A stretch of 64,000 bases of DNA from the NCBI GenBank assembly GCA_050951325.1, contig JBMNIW010000012.1, forward strand, positions 32,001-96,000. The letters are read 5' to 3'. Under the pieces are notes generated by a model that was not told the DNA's origin, did no database searches, and was given only the letters and a program-made list of their open reading frames with translations. Positions within the stretch are counted from its first letter, which is position 1. Each line of letters begins with the position of its first letter. A program made the translations under genes and the position numbers. Source of the DNA: Clostridia bacterium. GTDB lineage: Bacteria; Bacillota; Clostridia; UBA1212; DUPL01. Shown here one piece after another: positions 1 through 10,415 of the stretch.

Positions 1-392
1 CCTGATGTGATAAGATCAAGGTTTTTATCCACGTCTTTGTGTATTGCCTCGCCTAGCTTGTCAAATCCAACCAATATTGTAGACAGTCCATGTGAATTGT
101 CAACCCTGAATATCTTATGCTGAGTTGGCTTGCGTAAATCTGCATCAATTATCAATACTCTGTTTGCATTCTGCGCCAGAGTAATTGCAATATTGGCACA
201 TGTAATACTTTTTCCTTCAGCAGGGAATGATGAAGATATAATAAAGGATTTGTTTTTACTGCCTGCCAAAGCAAACTGCAAGTTTGTCCTTATTGTCTTG
301 TAAGACTCCTGCATCACAAAGGAAGATTTATCATCCAGCTTGTACTTATGTGGTGCGTCACTATGCTCGTTTGTTCTTCTACCTAGAGCCAT
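1..392 (-). CDS. CpsD/CapB-family tyrosine-protein kinase (3' end outside window)
   Basis: Manual translation MALGRR...QESYKTIRTNLQFA...SSSFPAEGKS (Walker A)...VLIIDADLRKP; AGGAGG RBS; follows the chain-length gene. Confidence 0.9.
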   Translation of the reverse strand, partial: MALGRRTNEHSDAPHKYKLDDKSSFVMQESYKTIRTNLQFALAGSKNKSFIISSSFPAEGKSITCANIAITLAQNANRVLIIDADLRKPTQHKIFRVDNSHGLSTILVGFDKLGEAIHKDVDKNLDLITS

Positions 393-497
393 AACTGTAA
401 TATCCTCCTTTATCTTTATTTTGAAAACTTGGCACTTCTCCTAATACAGGAAGTCCATACCTTTGTGATAGATCCTCTCCACCCTTTGACGGTATTG

Positions 498-1112
498 TCA
501 AGGTGAGTCAACCAAGAGGATGATACCACAGGAAAGTATCAATCCCAATAATCCACCCAATGCCGTGTACATCGCAACATTAGGCGAAGATGGCTTTGTT
601 GGCACAACTGCTGTGTCAATTACCGACACCCGGCTGTTTCCAACAATATCTTCAATTATCGATGGTGCGTTCTTGGCAAATGAATTACAGATTTCTGCCG
701 ACAATGCAGGGTCCGGGGTTACTGCTTCTATCTCCAAGACTTCTGTATTGTTTACTGCACGCATGTTTATGTACTTAGATATATCTTGTGCGCTTAAAGC
801 AGCTGTATTCAAATCAGATGCAATCACCTTTAATGAATCCCTGCTTTCAAGCAGCACTATGTATGTTGATACAAGACTTCTACTTAAATCCAATTGCGTT
901 TTTGTCAGTGACGACCCCTCTTCCACGTCAACAAATAATCTAATACTTGATGTGTACTTGGGAGTTATCACAAAACTTGCCAAATAAAACATGATAAGAA
1001 TTCCAGTCAGCATTGCAGCTATAATCCAAACCAGTTTGCTTATCAACAAGTCGAAAATATAGCGAATGTCTATCGTATCCTGCATGAAGTTTCCACCATT
1101 TTCATAATCCAT
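498..1112 (-). CDS. Wzz/CpsC(YveK)-family polysaccharide chain-length regulator; C-terminus frameshifted
   Basis: TPKYTSS...VIDTAVVPTKPSSPN plus TM; expected tail LDNTVKG...EDLSQRYGLPVLGEVP continues in other frames to about 380. Confidence 0.85.
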   Translation of the reverse strand: MDYENGGNFMQDTIDIRYIFDLLISKLVWIIAAMLTGILIMFYLASFVITPKYTSSIRLFVDVEEGSSLTKTQLDLSRSLVSTYIVLLESRDSLKVIASDLNTAALSAQDISKYINMRAVNNTEVLEIEAVTPDPALSAEICNSFAKNAPSIIEDIVGNSRVSVIDTAVVPTKPSSPNVAMYTALGGLLGLILSCGIILLVDSP

Positions 1113-1202
1113 TGTTTTCTCTTTTGTCTCCTAACATACTCAGAGCCCTGTATCAATGCTCACTCTGCTATTATATTTCCAACATTTTCTGTTGTCAATG
1201 CC

Positions 1203-2732
1203 TTATTGAGACAACCCCCTGTTATTTTCCAGAAAATCCTTATACTTGTGTCCGCCAAAGGCATGTACCGGACACTCATCTAAGATATTCGTAATCAAAT
1301 CCCTAATATTCGGGGTAAGGTCATCCCACTTACAAGAAACTTTTCTTTCCACATACTCAATTATACTTTCATCGTTATAACCGCCGCATCTTAACCTTAC
1401 AATATTCTCAGCAAGAACTTTAACACCATCCATGCTAAGTATCGTATGTGCGTAAAGTTGCTTCAAGAGCTCATGATAGCCAGGCAAAATACCCTTTAGT
1501 CCCTCTTTGGCAACAAACCAGGCTTCCTCCTTTGAGAACTTTCTGAAATCCTTCGTAGCAAGTCCTTTCCTTAATGCCAGCACCGTGAACAGGTCATCAC
1601 TTTTATACTTTGATATAAAGTCGGTACCAAGCTCATTGCCCATGTACAAACTCTCTTCAAGCACTCTTGGGTAAATGGTGTGCATGGCAACCTCAACCAT
1701 GCTCTCATCAATACCAAACAATTCTCTTAACCGTGTTCTGAGAAGTTCAAGATCCACAACTCCATAGAGTTCAATAACCGCCTGAACTGCCCTGTCAAGT
1801 GATTTAATCCTTTTAATGGTTTCTCTGTATTCATTAGTATAAAAATACGCAGCAAGCCTGTCAGAGTCTTTTGGCACATAGAGTATAAGCCTGTCCCTTA
1901 CATCTCCAGGTTCCACACCTACATCCACAAAACCAAAAGATGCTATTGCATAAAGTGACTTAATGTTATGACTTCCAATACTGCCACTAAGCGTATTAGC
2001 CTGCCCGGCATAAATCCATCTAAGGAGCTCCAAAGCATCCGGTGTCAGGATTTGGAACACCCTGTGCGTGTTGGCGATGAGACCCTCAGCTACAAGCTCA
2101 TAGTCCCTGGCCATTTTGTACATGGGATCCATGTCAGCCTTTAAAACACCTATAATGATGTCAAAATGAAATTGGGAAATGTGGAAAAGATTGTGATGAT
2201 AAAAATATATATCCTTCTCGACTCTAAAAGAGTCAGGGTGCATCTTGTTGTTAAACAAAAATCCCAAACCTTCATCAGGATTGTAATCTTTGCCGAACTC
2301 GTCAAGTTCTCCTTCCGATGCTATAATTTCAGGAGTTTGAGGCGTCGTGATTGGATCTCTTGACTTTACGGTAATATCAAACAACTTGTTTCTTCCAAAA
2401 TCATAGAGGTACAAAAACCTCATGTTTACTTCAAGTCGAAGATCCTCAATAATCGCACTATCTGCACCTTTGTTTATTCCGTCTCCTGATTTGGGACTGT
2501 AATAGCCGTTATCATCAAACGCTATATTGTCCATGCTAAACATGTACTGTCTTTCAGGTACATTAATCTGATATGTTTTAATTATTATGTTATGTAACTC
2601 TGCCAATGTCCTTGAACCATCTATCCTGATATCCCTGTAGATATCAGTTTCCCACTTTGGTTCAACTCTCAATACATACGAATACAACTTCCGTCTGTTT
2701 ACATCTTTTAAATTGTTGAAACCACTCTTCAA
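1203..2732 (-). CDS. Protein with N-terminal pRiA4b ORF3-like domain
   Basis: YRDIRIDGSRTLAELHNII...FLYLYDFG...PEIIASEGE matches the pRiA4b ORF3 pattern; C-terminal part unknown. Confidence 0.65.
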   Translation of the reverse strand: MKSGFNNLKDVNRRKLYSYVLRVEPKWETDIYRDIRIDGSRTLAELHNIIIKTYQINVPERQYMFSMDNIAFDDNGYYSPKSGDGINKGADSAIIEDLRLEVNMRFLYLYDFGRNKLFDITVKSRDPITTPQTPEIIASEGELDEFGKDYNPDEGLGFLFNNKMHPDSFRVEKDIYFYHHNLFHISQFHFDIIIGVLKADMDPMYKMARDYELVAEGLIANTHRVFQILTPDALELLRWIYAGQANTLSGSIGSHNIKSLYAIASFGFVDVGVEPGDVRDRLILYVPKDSDRLAAYFYTNEYRETIKRIKSLDRAVQAVIELYGVVDLELLRTRLRELFGIDESMVEVAMHTIYPRVLEESLYMGNELGTDFISKYKSDDLFTVLALRKGLATKDFRKFSKEEAWFVAKEGLKGILPGYHELLKQLYAHTILSMDGVKVLAENIVRLRCGGYNDESIIEYVERKVSCKWDDLTPNIRDLITNILDECPVHAFGGHKYKDFLENNRGLSQ

Positions 2733-2866
2733 AGCTAAAATTCAGCTCCCTCTAATACTGTTCTACGGCTTTTACAGTTAAGCATAGGTCAAAAACAAGT
2801 ACCATGGTATTACATAACTCAAAAATAATCAAATATAAAAATCTGTAAAAACCAAATAACTGAATC

Positions 2867-2917
2867 TTATTTTACCATAAATTCTGGACTTGTAAAGCCC
2901 TTTTTAGTCTTTATTAT
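2867..2917 (+). repeat. Left copy of 51-bp target-site duplication
   Basis: TTATTTTACCATAAATTCTGGACTTGTAAAGCCCTTTTTAGTCTTTATTAT, identical to 4953-5003. Confidence 0.95.
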
Positions 2918-3077
2918 CCCTAGTTTAACAGTTGATATTTCAATTTAAATTGCATAAATGCCCTAAATAACGCCAACTTAGCGCCTTTTTTTATGTCAAA
3001 TAATTTTCATTTTTCTGTTGTATAATGTAGTAGAATATGGTATAATATAACTGATTACTATCAGGAGGTGCTGTTGG

Positions 3078-4850
3078 ATGTTTTTGAAAGTTACCAAACT
3101 GAAAAACGGCAAAATCAATTTAAGTTTTGTTGAAGGTTATCGTGACCCTGCAACCAAAAAAGTCAAACATAAGCTGGTTGAGAATTTGGGCTATCTGGAT
3201 GAATATCTTGACCGTTACGAGGATCCAATAGCACATTTTAAAGAGATTGCACGCATTCGCACCCAGGAACTTAACGAGGAAAAAAGGAAAAAGGAAATAT
3301 TTCTGGGTACTATTTCTGAAGACGAGACCATGGAAGTGAACGAAGATTCCTTGCAGCACATGGGATTCCTTCCTCTAAGCTCAATTTACCATCAGTTAAA
3401 AATCGACAAATTCATTATCAATCGTCAACGAAGCCTGTCCATGGATTATTCGCTAAACGATGTTATGCAATTGTTGGTGTATACAAGGATTCTATCTCCA
3501 GGGTCCAAGATAGACAGTTACAGACAAAAAGAACGTATGGCTAAAGATTTCAAATGTGATTGGTATGATGTTTATCGTGCATTGGACTATTTTGCATCTT
3601 TTCGAGATGACCTTCTCCTCCATCTTCACGAGCAGGTCAGAATCAACTATCAACGTAAAACTGATGTTGTCTTTTATGATGTCACAAACTTTTACTTTGA
3701 GATTGATAAAGAGGATGAATTTCGTCGCAAGGGTTATTGCAAGCACAATACACGAAATCCGCTAGTGCAAATGGGACTGCTTCTTGATTCTGATGCTATT
3801 CCAATAGCGTATCAGTTATTTAAAGGGAACACCCATGACAGTCAGACAATGATGCCGCTGTTGCATAAAATACGTGCCAGTTATGGACTGGGTAGAATAA
3901 TTACCGTAGCAGACAAAGGATTGAATAGCGGAGACAACATCGCATTTCTCATGGCCAAAGGAGATGGATTCATATTCTCTCAGAAAATACGGGGAGCTTC
4001 CAAAGATCTGCAAGACTATGTTTTTGATCAGTCAGGATATGTAGATGTGCACGGGATAGTAAAACATGCTGATTCATGGAACGAAAGAAATGGCAACCAA
4101 GACAGCGGATTGTTCCGCATGAAATCACGACTATATCCACAGGAATTCTGGGTAACTCATGCAGATGATGTCAAACGCAAAATACCGTTGGATGTAAAAC
4201 AGATTGTATGTTACAACGAGCTTTATGCAAGACGCCAGAAGCACAAGAGGGCTGAACTTATTGCCAAGGCCAAAAGAATCATAGAAAATCCCAAACGCTA
4301 TGATAAGAGTGAGGCAGGTGGGGCATTACGATATGTAAAAAACATTGAATATGACCCGGAAACTGGTGAGTACATTAAAACCAGGCGTTTACCCAGCCTG
4401 GATGAAGACAGGATTGCGGAAGACGAAAAATATGATGGCTACTATGCAATCATTACAAGCGAACTGGATATGCCAGACCATGATGTCGTCAAAGCATATC
4501 ACGGTCTTTGGGAGATAGAACATAGTTTCAGGATTACTAAAAGCGATATTGAAGCCAGACCTGTTAATGTTACACTCGAGCAAAGGATAGATGCCCACTT
4601 TCTTACATGTTTCATAGCCTTGCTAGTCTTAAGACTTTTGTGTAAACGACTGGACGGAAAGTATGCCCCTGAACAGGTAATCAAATCTTTGAGAAATTAT
4701 CAGGTTTGTTGGATTAAGGACAATGTATACAAGGCAACCTACTATGACCAAATACTAAAAGATTTGGGTGAGGATTTGAATTTGAGACTGGATAGACGCT
4801 TCCTAAAAGCAGGCGACATCAGGCAACTAATTGCAAATACCAAAAAGTGA
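3078..4850 (+). CDS. IS1634-family DDE transposase
   Basis: 590 aa; FYDVTNFYFE, VADKGLNS, YHGLWEIEHSFRITKS motifs. Confidence 0.95.
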   Translation: MFLKVTKLKNGKINLSFVEGYRDPATKKVKHKLVENLGYLDEYLDRYEDPIAHFKEIARIRTQELNEEKRKKEIFLGTISEDETMEVNEDSLQHMGFLPLSSIYHQLKIDKFIINRQRSLSMDYSLNDVMQLLVYTRILSPGSKIDSYRQKERMAKDFKCDWYDVYRALDYFASFRDDLLLHLHEQVRINYQRKTDVVFYDVTNFYFEIDKEDEFRRKGYCKHNTRNPLVQMGLLLDSDAIPIAYQLFKGNTHDSQTMMPLLHKIRASYGLGRIITVADKGLNSGDNIAFLMAKGDGFIFSQKIRGASKDLQDYVFDQSGYVDVHGIVKHADSWNERNGNQDSGLFRMKSRLYPQEFWVTHADDVKRKIPLDVKQIVCYNELYARRQKHKRAELIAKAKRIIENPKRYDKSEAGGALRYVKNIEYDPETGEYIKTRRLPSLDEDRIAEDEKYDGYYAIITSELDMPDHDVVKAYHGLWEIEHSFRITKSDIEARPVNVTLEQRIDAHFLTCFIALLVLRLLCKRLDGKYAPEQVIKSLRNYQVCWIKDNVYKATYYDQILKDLGEDLNLRLDRRFLKAGDIRQLIANTKK

Positions 4851-4882
4851 CCATAAATACACAACATTTTTCTGAAATAAAC

Positions 4883-4930
4883 AAAACCTCACAAACCCAC
4901 TAATTACAAGGGTTTATGGAGGTTTTTTTT
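4883..4930 (+). terminator. Hairpin/terminator at IS1634 right end
   Basis: AAAACCTC-AAACCC...GGGTTT-GAGGTTTTTTTT. Confidence 0.55.
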
Positions 4931-4952
4931 AATTCTAACTGTTAAACTCAAG

Positions 4953-5003
4953 TTATTTTACCATAAATTCTGGACTTGTAAAGCCCTTTTTAGTCTTTAT
5001 TAT
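4953..5003 (+). repeat. Right copy of 51-bp target-site duplication
   Basis: Identical to 2867-2917. Confidence 0.95.
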
Positions 5004-5095
5004 GAAGAATATTAAATTTTGTGTTGCAAACATCAAAAAAACCTGATAACATATAGAAAAAATTACGATGCAAAATTAGTAAGAGGAAGACGAAA

Positions 5096-5584
5096 ATGGA
5101 TAAAATACGTAGTTTTTTCAAGAAACACAAAAAGCTAACAATATTTTTTTCATTTGCTCTCATGCTATTGCTAGGTTACATGTTAGGCAGTATGAACAGG
5201 AAAATACATAATAATGACAAAAACCCAATTGACGAAAATGCAGTAAGCATAAGTCCGTCACCTGTTAATCTAAAAGATCAGAAAATAAAAATCCCCGCAG
5301 TTGAAAAAATTTACTTTGACTCAGAAAAGGACGTCCAGGTCGTATCCTTTGTAAATCCCCCGGAAAATTTCTGCAACTTCATAGTTACACTGAAACTACC
5401 GAATAAAGAAGTTATCTATCAGTCTGCTCAAATCCCTCCCAACAAGGCAATTTATAATATAACACTAGACAAATGCCTTGAAAAGGGAGAATACAAAAAC
5501 TCAATCATCACTTATCACTGTTATGCACCCGATGGAACAAAACTGAATAGCGCTGAATTTCTTGTAGATATTGTTGTCAGCTAA
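5096..5584 (+). CDS. Membrane-anchored hypothetical protein
   Basis: N-terminal TM, then NPPENFCNF...IYQSAQIPP, probably a beta-rich domain. Confidence 0.75.
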   Translation: MDKIRSFFKKHKKLTIFFSFALMLLLGYMLGSMNRKIHNNDKNPIDENAVSISPSPVNLKDQKIKIPAVEKIYFDSEKDVQVVSFVNPPENFCNFIVTLKLPNKEVIYQSAQIPPNKAIYNITLDKCLEKGEYKNSIITYHCYAPDGTKLNSAEFLVDIVVS

Positions 5585-5622
5585 AGAAGGCACAATAAAT
5601 ACCAAGAAAGGAGTAATAAAAA

Positions 5623-6138
5623 TTGAAGTACAACTATTTAAGATTAATTTACACAATTTTCGTATTCATATTTGTACTAACATCAATACCAGCCTTAAAT
5701 GCAAAACTTATTGATAGCGATGACGGAAATGTAACAACAAACATACCAGTAGAAATCCACACTCATCTTAACAACGCAACCTACACAGTGGAAATACCTG
5801 CTGCACTGCAATTCAATTTCACTTGGGATGAAGTAGAACCTGTAGTGTCAGACATATTTGAAATAACAGTTGCTGATATTAAAAACCTTAGAGACAAGTG
5901 GATATCTGTCAGTATTATGGGAAGTAGCAATAAATTCGTTCTTGTTGAAGATAATGGTGTCAGAGAACTCCCATACACAATTAAGTACGAAGAGAACGAA
6001 TTGAACTCAGGAGATTCTTTTACTTATATCCATGAACCTAAAACCATGGAGTTTCAAATAAGTGTTGACCCAAACAACATAAAAAACGAATCAGTATTTA
6101 AAGGAGAGCTACAATTCCTTTTCCATGTATTGGATTAA
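5623..6138 (+). CDS. Secreted hypothetical protein (pilin/WxL-like beta fold possible)
   Basis: Signal peptide; YTVEIPA and C-terminal FKGELQF; RBS AAGGAG with TTG start. Confidence 0.7.
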   Translation: MKYNYLRLIYTIFVFIFVLTSIPALNAKLIDSDDGNVTTNIPVEIHTHLNNATYTVEIPAALQFNFTWDEVEPVVSDIFEITVADIKNLRDKWISVSIMGSSNKFVLVEDNGVRELPYTIKYEENELNSGDSFTYIHEPKTMEFQISVDPNNIKNESVFKGELQFLFHVLD

Positions 6139-6183
6139 TCTTCTTTACGCCTTCTTTAGTGACAATCATATATCTGCATACAT

Positions 6184-6208
6184 CAAGACCAGGCCGCTGC
6201 CTGGTCTT
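6184..6208. terminator. Hairpin between convergent genes
   Basis: AAGACCAGGC-cgct-GCCTGGTCTT. Confidence 0.6.
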
Positions 6209-6213
6209 CGTTG

Positions 6214-7233
6214 TTAATCAGTATATTTTTGCTGATATACATGTTCTACTTTAAAAGAATTGTCAGGGCATACTTCAATAAAAGTTCCTCCAAGCATTTC
6301 GACATCATATCTGTCATAGGTGCCTGTTTTAAGCCCAAATGTCCACCGTATACCATCATACAAAACACTTATACTGTTCAGATGACTGTGCCCAACGAAC
6401 ACTCCGTCAACATAGTGTTTCTTGAACAAATAAAGCAGCCCTGGAACTGGGTGCAGCCCTTTAAATATTTCTCCCCTTCTTCCAAAGTCACAATTGTTTG
6501 CAGGCACATCCACCCCTATCGTATAAGTAACATTCCCGCAAGGAGTTTGTTGATATCCCGCACATGTCGCTGCAAGGGCAAATTCCTGTGTTGGGATGTG
6601 GTAGCAGACAAAGCTCCTAACCTTGTTTCCTGCATAGCTTTCGATTCTACTTGCAGTCTCATCAAACCAAATTAACTGGTCCTCTGCAAACCCCACTGTT
6701 CTTTTTATCTTCGGGTCCTGGGTGTTGCCGCATCCGTTGGAGTCCATCATATATATGACTCTTTTAAGTTCATTGCTTTGTACAATCCCAATTGTGTAGT
6801 TGCTGTTGCCTGTAACGCTACCTCTTTTGAAAAGAGAGTGACTGGCCTTTTCAATTATCTCACACTGCCAGTCAACTCCCTTTATACTCTCATTATCATG
6901 ATTTCCAAATATGGGAGCCCAGGGAATTTCAAAGCCATCCATGAACTTCACATACTTTTTTAAGGAAGTACCCAAGTCATCAAATTCACCATAAACCAAA
7001 TCCCCTGTAATTAGGATAAGGTCCGGGTTTGTCTTTTTAACAAGATCCTTTATGTAATTGAAACAATTTGCTTCCATCGTATTGGTCGCCCAGTTTATCT
7101 TTTCAAGACTGTTTAATCTGTCTTCATACCTTGACTGAGACGCATCAATAACCTGGGTATCAGTAATTTGAAGAATCCTTAGACTTCGTTGTTCCTCAAC
7201 TTCCAATACAAAATCAACCAAACCATCTATCAT
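6214..7233 (-). CDS. Metallophosphoesterase (Dcr2-like calcineurin family)
   Basis: ITDTQ, TGDLVYG, FGNHD, YHIP, VGHSH motifs; paralog of 12466-13620. Confidence 0.9.
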   Translation of the reverse strand: MIDGLVDFVLEVEEQRSLRILQITDTQVIDASQSRYEDRLNSLEKINWATNTMEANCFNYIKDLVKKTNPDLILITGDLVYGEFDDLGTSLKKYVKFMDGFEIPWAPIFGNHDNESIKGVDWQCEIIEKASHSLFKRGSVTGNSNYTIGIVQSNELKRVIYMMDSNGCGNTQDPKIKRTVGFAEDQLIWFDETASRIESYAGNKVRSFVCYHIPTQEFALAATCAGYQQTPCGNVTYTIGVDVPANNCDFGRRGEIFKGLHPVPGLLYLFKKHYVDGVFVGHSHLNSISVLYDGIRWTFGLKTGTYDRYDVEMLGGTFIEVCPDNSFKVEHVYQQKYTD

Positions 7234-7250
7234 TTGAAAGCATCACTTCT

Positions 7251-7829
7251 TTATTCCAGTACAAGATTCTCCGCTATAAATTCTGCATCAGATATATAAA
7301 CTTCATACTTGTCGATAGTTGAAGCAAAGGTGATTATATATACATTGTCATTCTCCATAAAGAACACCTGTGCCCATGCAAGCTCGTATTCTGAATATGT
7401 ACCTGTGTAGATTATATAATACCCTTTCCAGTTGTCTGTCTCAAATTCATCAAAATCTATCTGCTCAAAATTCTCGATAAAACTGGACAGTTCTTCTATA
7501 GCCAGATCTGCATACTCATCAAGAGTAAAATGCTCGCCAATGCCTCCATCCACCAATATGTTTACATTGGACCTGAATCCTTCATCATCAGGTGAGAAGA
7601 AGGTAACCAATGCGCCTGGTACGTCATATGTGACTGACCAATCGCTGGGATACCTGGTTTTGAATGAATACTCCTCATTAACATACTCCTTGGAGTTCTC
7701 GTCATCCGGTTCTTCTGTAACCTCAGGGGTTGGTGTGGGTGTAGTACCATTATCCTTTATGGTTGTAAAACATCCGGATAATACAACCAGACTTAATAAC
7801 TATGCCAAAAATACAATATACCTCTTCAT
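7251..7829 (-). pseudogene. DcrB/PsbP-like lipoprotein with in-frame TAG at codon 10
   Basis: Reads MKRYIVFLA*LLSLVVLSGC...YVNEEYSFKTRYPSDW, in frame with ORF 7251-7610; paralog of 8082-8693. Confidence 0.75.
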
Positions 7830-7918
7830 TGTTTATACCTACTTTCTTATATAGTTTAGCTATTATACAACCTTTGGGAATAATAAACAATACACAAAAA
7901 CGAGATGAAGATGCAAGA

Positions 7919-8035
7919 CAAGGAAGCTGGAAGTGGCGCGTCTTGGATAAGAGACCCTAATTCACTTGATTTGAGAATGTAAGATAGTTAATGTAGTCTT
8001 GGATTCAATTGGAATTGCCGCTTCCAACTTCCTTG
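7919..8035. repeat. 19-bp imperfect inverted repeats enclosing about 80 bp
   Basis: CAAGGAAGCTGGAAGTGGC (7919-7937) vs revcomp of 8017-8035 CAAGGAAGTTGGAAGCGGC, 17/19. Confidence 0.6.
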
Positions 8036-8081
8036 AAAGCAAGGAGAGAAAATATAATTTAAAGATATTTGGCTATCATGT

Positions 8082-8693
8082 CTAGAAAAATTCCCATTTA
8101 TCCACCATCATTATGGATTCTTCAAGGTATGTATCAAAGTTTTCCTCATCTGCGGCAAAAGTGAACAGGTAAGCATTATTGTCCTTTACGAAAACCACCT
8201 GATAAAAAATTAAATTAAATCCTGCCATTTTACCTGAATACTTCATGTACTTTCCTTTCCAGTTTGCCTCATTTTCCCTGTCGCCGGTCTCAATCAGCTC
8301 AAACTCTGAAATAAATTCCGCCAAGACTTCAATTGCATTTTCCACGTACTCCTCTGCCGTTTTGTCTCTTGCAGTACCTTTCTCAATCTTCAGGTTTGCA
8401 TTTGGTTTAAATATTGCTGAAGCATCACTTGTAAAGGTAACAATGTCCTCATCATCTGAGGTAATTTCCCAGTTCTTTGGATATCTGGTTTTGTAGAAGT
8501 ACTTGTTGTTTACATATGATTTGGATACATCATCATCAGGCTCCGGCGTAACATTTCCAGGAGTTCTTTCACCATTATCAGTGTCTGACACATCGTCAGT
8601 TTTCTCTCCCCCGTCTTTTGGAGGTGCATCACATCCAACAAATACGGATAGCGTTAGTATTAACGCAAGAATCGTAATTAAAATCTTTTTCAT
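8082..8693 (-). CDS. DcrB/PsbP-like lipoprotein
   Basis: MKKILITILAL...FVGC lipobox; YKTRYPKNW; AYLFTFAA; start reassigned after GAAGG RBS. Confidence 0.8.
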   Translation of the reverse strand: MKKILITILALILTLSVFVGCDAPPKDGGEKTDDVSDTDNGERTPGNVTPEPDDDVSKSYVNNKYFYKTRYPKNWEITSDDEDIVTFTSDASAIFKPNANLKIEKGTARDKTAEEYVENAIEVLAEFISEFELIETGDRENEANWKGKYMKYSGKMAGFNLIFYQVVFVKDNNAYLFTFAADEENFDTYLEESIMMVDKWEFF

Positions 8694-9041
8694 CCTGATA
8701 CCTTCTTTCCTTTTATCTCGCCTTCCCTTCATCAATGAATCCTGAATACTTGACGGGCATATACATACTTCATAAATACGTCTTGCGTTCATCAATGCCA
8801 AGAAATTCATAAAAAGATTCACATCAACTCTATTAAACTAAAAACCTCTTACAAAAATGAGAGTTCCTGTCTCTTTTTTGTAAATCTTGTCATCTTATAT
8901 TGTATTATAATTTACAAACAATATGTATACAATATGAAATACAAAATTTACAATAATTTAACAATATATACAGGCCCTAAATACAGCGTTTTCAAACTGT
9001 CAAAACAGTATAGTATATGGTAAAATAGTAACATACCAATA

Positions 9042-10415
9042 TTGGAGGGACACTTGATGCTTTTCAACATTTTATTCTGGTCAAGTATAATCTGGGTTGC
9101 ACCCCTTGTGTATTACATGCTTGCAAACGAAACCAAATTCAAAAAGAATATCGCCGTTGGAGTCACCATACCTTTGGAAGGAAGAAGTGATGAGGAAGTT
9201 ATAAAAAGGCTGGAAAAGTTCAAGAAAGAACTTCGTTTTGCATGTATTATTCTTGTTGTTGTCGCAATAGCATGTCTTTTTGTATCCGACATTTATACAA
9301 CCATATCTCTTTATGGCATATGGATAGTTTTTTGTATTATTCTTTCGTATATTCCCTATGTGAGATGCAACAAAGACTTGAAGGAAATAAAGAGAAAAAG
9401 AAACTGGCAGGCGGACACACCAAAGGCCATTACCGTTACGAAATTGCCTGAGATAAAAAGGTTCCCTTTATATACCTTCATACCTGCCTTTTTAATCAGC
9501 ATAGTCCCTGTCTTTTTTGACACAACCCTTTTCGTGGTTTATTTACTCAACACCATTTCTATTCTTCTTTTCTGGCTTTTGTACCGCCACGCCTATGAAA
9601 ACAAACCGGAAATGGTTAATGACAATCTGGAACTGACAAAAGCCTTGACCCAGGTAAGGAAGCAAAACTGGAGCATCATGTGGCTTGTTTCTTCCTACCT
9701 TATGTCTTTTCTGAGTCTTGTCATATTCTTGACTCAAAATCACCCCTTTCCAATGCTGTTTTCAATACTCTTAATAACAGCAATATTTATCATTGCGATT
9801 ATGAGAATAGAATTCAAAACAAGGAAAATACAAGAAGACCTCACAAAAGATACCGGTCAGGACCTTTATATAGATGAGGACGACGCCTGGATAGGAGGCA
9901 TAATCTACTACAACCCCAATAACAAGAAATTGTTTGTAAACTACAGGGTGGGTACAAATGTAACAGTGAATGTGGCAAGACCTGCAGGAAAAGTTTTTCT
10001 TGCCATAACAATCCTTTTACTTATCGCCATACCCTTCACAGGTCCAATTTTAAGCCAGATAGGAAAAGCACCTATTGAACTGTATGTAAAGGACAATTAC
10101 ATTACAGCAAAAAATGGCGGTACGGAATATTCTATCAAACTGGATAATATAGAGAGCGTTGAATTATTTGAAGAGAAACCTGATATATCTAGAATTAATG
10201 GGACGGGATTGGAGAATCTTGCAAAAGGAACCTTCACTTTAAAAGGCGTTGGAGTGATTAAAGTGATTCTTGACCCAAACCACACACCTTTTATCCTTGT
10301 GACAACAAAAGATAATAAAAGATATCTGTTTGGGTCAAGAGATGAAGAGCATACAAGAAATGTATACGAAGAGATTAGTAAGAGTCTGCAAGCCTCTCCA
10401 AATCTTCAACCTTGA
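9042..10415 (+). CDS. Multi-TM membrane protein with DUF5808-like motif and C-terminal bacterial PH domain
   Basis: WIGGIIYYNPNNKKLFVNYRVG; RINGTGLENLAKGTF; start probably 9057. Confidence 0.75.
   Translation: MEGHLMLFNILFWSSIIWVAPLVYYMLANETKFKKNIAVGVTIPLEGRSDEEVIKRLEKFKKELRFACIILVVVAIACLFVSDIYTTISLYGIWIVFCIILSYIPYVRCNKDLKEIKRKRNWQADTPKAITVTKLPEIKRFPLYTFIPAFLISIVPVFFDTTLFVVYLLNTISILLFWLLYRHAYENKPEMVNDNLELTKALTQVRKQNWSIMWLVSSYLMSFLSLVIFLTQNHPFPMLFSILLITAIFIIAIMRIEFKTRKIQEDLTKDTGQDLYIDEDDAWIGGIIYYNPNNKKLFVNYRVGTNVTVNVARPAGKVFLAITILLLIAIPFTGPILSQIGKAPIELYVKDNYITAKNGGTEYSIKLDNIESVELFEEKPDISRINGTGLENLAKGTFTLKGVGVIKVILDPNHTPFILVTTKDNKRYLFGSRDEEHTRNVYEEISKSLQASPNLQP

Larger units (their letters stand above)
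2918..4952 (+). mobile_element. IS1634-family insertion sequence (2035 bp)
   Basis: Ends CCCTAGTTTAACAGTT / revcomp CTTGAGTTTAACAGTT (12-bp perfect core); flanked by 51-bp direct repeats; one transposase ORF. Confidence 0.92.
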
